This document shows positions 61,667 to 64,000 of a stretch of 64,000 nucleotides of DNA, one piece after another (positions within the stretch are counted from its first letter, which is position 1; each line of letters opens with the position of its first letter). The stretch is from Guillardia theta CCMP2712 (taxonomy: Eukaryota > Protista > Cryptophyta). The notes below the pieces were generated by a model. That model made no database searches. It had not been told where the DNA came from and saw only the letters and a list, made by a program, of their open reading frames with translations. Location of the stretch: NCBI RefSeq assembly GCF_000315625.1, contig NW_005434610.1, forward strand, positions 359,698 through 423,697, written 5' to 3'. The translations under genes were made by a program, and so were the position numbers.

Positions 61667-64000
61667 TCATTCTCCTCTTGTGTTTCGATAGTCGACGTAC
61701 CGCCTGTGCCCCTGACTGTGCATGGCCCAGGCCTTGTAGTCCTTGAGCGACAACTGCAGCTCGCACACGTGCAAGTTCACACCCAGTCGACGAGTCTCTT
61801 CGTTGTCAAGACGGACGTTGAGACATAGGTCACGGTACGCTCCTGACTGCTGCGACGTGAACTGGGGATCGAAACGATTTTTGACGCGCAGGATCACAAG
61901 CTCTTCGTCCTCGCAGATCCCTTGGAAGCATCTCGAGATGTCCTCGATGCTCTCGAACACGATGCATTGCCGCACCACGTCCAGCAGCCGCCAAACTTCC
62001 CCCCTGTACGACCTGCACAGCTTCTCGATCGCCCGATCGAAGCCCTTGAGCCTCGCCCAGCCGGGTCGATGCTGCGTGTCCTCTCCCTCGTACCTCACCC
62101 ACCTGACCTCCCTTGGCCCCTCCTCCTCCTTCTCCTCCTCCTCCTCCTTCTCCTTCTCCTCCTCCTCCTGCACTAGCCCCCCCCACTTCTTGAGCAGCTC
62201 CTTCACCTTGCGCAGGTAGGGCAGCTCAAGCAGCATGGCCTGATTGTAGAGCTGATCCAGACATGCGATCTTGCTCGTGTCATGTCGCACGACCCAGTCG
62301 AACCCTGAGGGGCTCTGCCCCTGGTCCCTCCCTTGGAACTGATAGATGACTCCCTTGCGCCAGGCCTCGGGCCCGGCATCTACCATCGCCTTGAGCCTCA
62401 TGACTTGCTCCATGGTCTCTCGATTGGTCGTCAGCGCTTGCCAGACCTCGTCGTAATGCTTCACGTCGTCCTCGATCCCCCGCCGTGCTCGATGGATCGC
62501 CATCCTCCGCAGCAGCAGCACACCCAGCCAGCAAAGAATCAGGATGGATCCGCTGATGGGAACCTGAAAGCCTCTTCTGCCAAACACATAGGAATAGTGG
62601 AAGTTGATGGCAAAGTAGTTCATCAGTGCATTGACAGGAAGAAACGAAAAGAACTTCTCCTCCCAGAATACCAGGAGCAGTCCGGTGACCAACGCTGCAA
62701 AACCCTGAAAGAACCAGAACAGGATGTCGATCGCCAAGCCATTGATCGCACTGCAGATTCCAGTAGCGATCTCGAAAAAGGCAGGCACAGAAAAACACAT
62801 GGAAAAGATCACAACGCCCGTACGGGGCCACCCGAGGAAGCTCGCCAAGGCACCACCGAGGCAGGCAAACATCACCGGGAAGAGGTAGAAGATGGTGCCA
62901 ACAGCTTGATAGAGGGGCGGGACCAGCGAAATCACGTTCTCAGCTCCTCGCTTTAGGGTCGTTGGGTACGGCTCCTCCCATAAGGGAATGCAGGCGGTGC
63001 TGTAAAGGTCCCACTTGCATCGGGTGCCTGCTTTCAGAATCCAGCTGGAGTCTTGGAGCTCCCACGGGCTCTCTGTTGAGGTCGAGGTGACCTCCAGCTG
63101 GAAGCGGACGGGGTCACCTCCCTGGGTGCCGGGACGACTGTCGGTAATGAAGTAGAAGGCGTTTGCGGCTTCGAGAGTCTTGAAGGAGAAGTAGAAGTCG
63201 TTTCCCACCTCCACTCCCTCCACCGGCGAAGAGACCTTACATCCGTCCAAGATCCACCCGAGCTGTAGCGAGTAGTTCCCCCCGGCTGGTAGCGCAGCCT
63301 CCCGCCATTGCACAACCTTCATCCTGGCTGCATGTACATGGAACACCTGTCGACCAGTGAATTCATACCAGATCCCTCCGGGCCCGAACGTGTAGATTAG
63401 ATAAAAGGTGCCGCCAGCCAGCAGCAGCACCTTGAACCAGGTCTTCTGGATCGCCAACGTGCACGGGATAGATGTGAAGAGCACGCTGGCTGTCCCGGCC
63501 TTCTTGACTGCGAGTCGCAGCTCCTGGAGCCTCGCCCCGAGAGTATCGCCAGCAAACAGACATCTTTGTCTCAGCAAGTCCTTCTGCCTTCGTGTCTCAG
63601 TCATGGAGTGAGCGGCAGACCGGTAGAGTGAATTCAAAGACCCGACCTCCTTGCCCATATCGCTAATCTTGTCCACCACGACCCTTGAAAGTTTACGAAT
63701 CCTATCAGGACTCAGCATGCAAAACCAGGCAAGCGGGTCAAGCTTCGACATGAACAAGGAGCATCTCGCACGCAAGTCGATCTGGTGGATGCGCCGGTAA
63801 GTCTTCAAGTCTTCCAACATGCTCGGGGTTGCCGCAGCTTGCAGACGGGCCAGGACCAGTCGAAGTTCACAGACGAACGCGCACGTGCCGTAGAATCGCG
63901 ATTGCTCTGTGACCAACCTTACCTTTAGACAAACATCCCTGACCTGTCCCAAGTGTCTGCTGTCATCCCCCACAGCGAGTCTGTTCGTGAGGCTCACAAT
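61667..64000 (-). CDS. Multi-pass membrane protein with a C-terminal RelA/SpoT-like nucleotidyltransferase domain and an N-terminal degenerate copy (5' truncated by window)
   Basis: Open frame to the window edge. C-terminal RLKGFDRAIEK...LLDVVR...RVKNRF...GAYRD...HVCELQL. Six hydrophobic segments. N-terminal LTNRL...GQVRDVCLKVRL...FVCELRL. Confidence 0.8.
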   Translation of the reverse strand: MVSLTNRLAVGDDSRHLGQVRDVCLKVRLVTEQSRFYGTCAFVCELRLVLARLQAAATPSMLEDLKTYRRIHQIDLRARCSLFMSKLDPLAWFCMLSPDRIRKLSRVVVDKISDMGKEVGSLNSLYRSAAHSMTETRRQKDLLRQRCLFAGDTLGARLQELRLAVKKAGTASVLFTSIPCTLAIQKTWFKVLLLAGGTFYLIYTFGPGGIWYEFTGRQVFHVHAARMKVVQWREAALPAGGNYSLQLGWILDGCKVSSPVEGVEVGNDFYFSFKTLEAANAFYFITDSRPGTQGGDPVRFQLEVTSTSTESPWELQDSSWILKAGTRCKWDLYSTACIPLWEEPYPTTLKRGAENVISLVPPLYQAVGTIFYLFPVMFACLGGALASFLGWPRTGVVIFSMCFSVPAFFEIATGICSAINGLAIDILFWFFQGFAALVTGLLLVFWEEKFFSFLPVNALMNYFAINFHYSYVFGRRGFQVPISGSILILCWLGVLLLRRMAIHRARRGIEDDVKHYDEVWQALTTNRETMEQVMRLKAMVDAGPEAWRKGVIYQFQGRDQGQSPSGFDWVVRHDTSKIACLDQLYNQAMLLELPYLRKVKELLKKWGGLVQEEEEKEKEEEEEKEEEGPREVRWVRYEGEDTQHRPGWARLKGFDRAIEKLCRSYRGEVWRLLDVVRQCIVFESIEDISRCFQGICEDEELVILRVKNRFDPQFTSQQSGAYRDLCLNVRLDNEETRRLGVNLHVCELQLSLKDYKAWAMHSQGHRRYVDYRNTRGE

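Overview
Gene-dense, GC-rich eukaryotic nuclear DNA. Most introns are short (about 45-60 nt) and a subset is expanded by microsatellites. The style and the bipartite plastid-targeting signal suggest a cryptophyte alga such as Guillardia theta (inference). About 19 protein genes can be traced by manual splicing, and they alternate strand almost perfectly. Recognisable genes: StrG-like 2OG-Fe(II) oxygenase, tandem U-box membrane protein, GT10 fucosyltransferase, Sel1-repeat protein (one frameshift), DDT/WHIM chromatin protein, casein kinase I, methylmalonate-semialdehyde dehydrogenase, PDZ protein, SNF5-domain protein, LRR protein, EGF-repeat surface protein. Three things stand out. (1) A 6-TM receptor-like protein carries an intact RelA/SpoT-type nucleotidyltransferase domain at its C-terminus and a degenerate copy N-terminal to the membrane block; its 5' end runs off the window. 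(2) An anoctamin is fused to TPR, PH, C2 and PDZ domains and has an altered Ca2+ site. (3) An intronless array of 16 x 18-aa CxH-x6-CxxC zinc-finger repeats has hypervariable basic positions. A GTAC/GGGGTAG-rich sequence class marks most upstream intergenic regions. Two 100-N assembly gaps are present. No rRNA, tRNA, CRISPR array or transposase was recognised. Coordinates of spliced genes are manual estimates.
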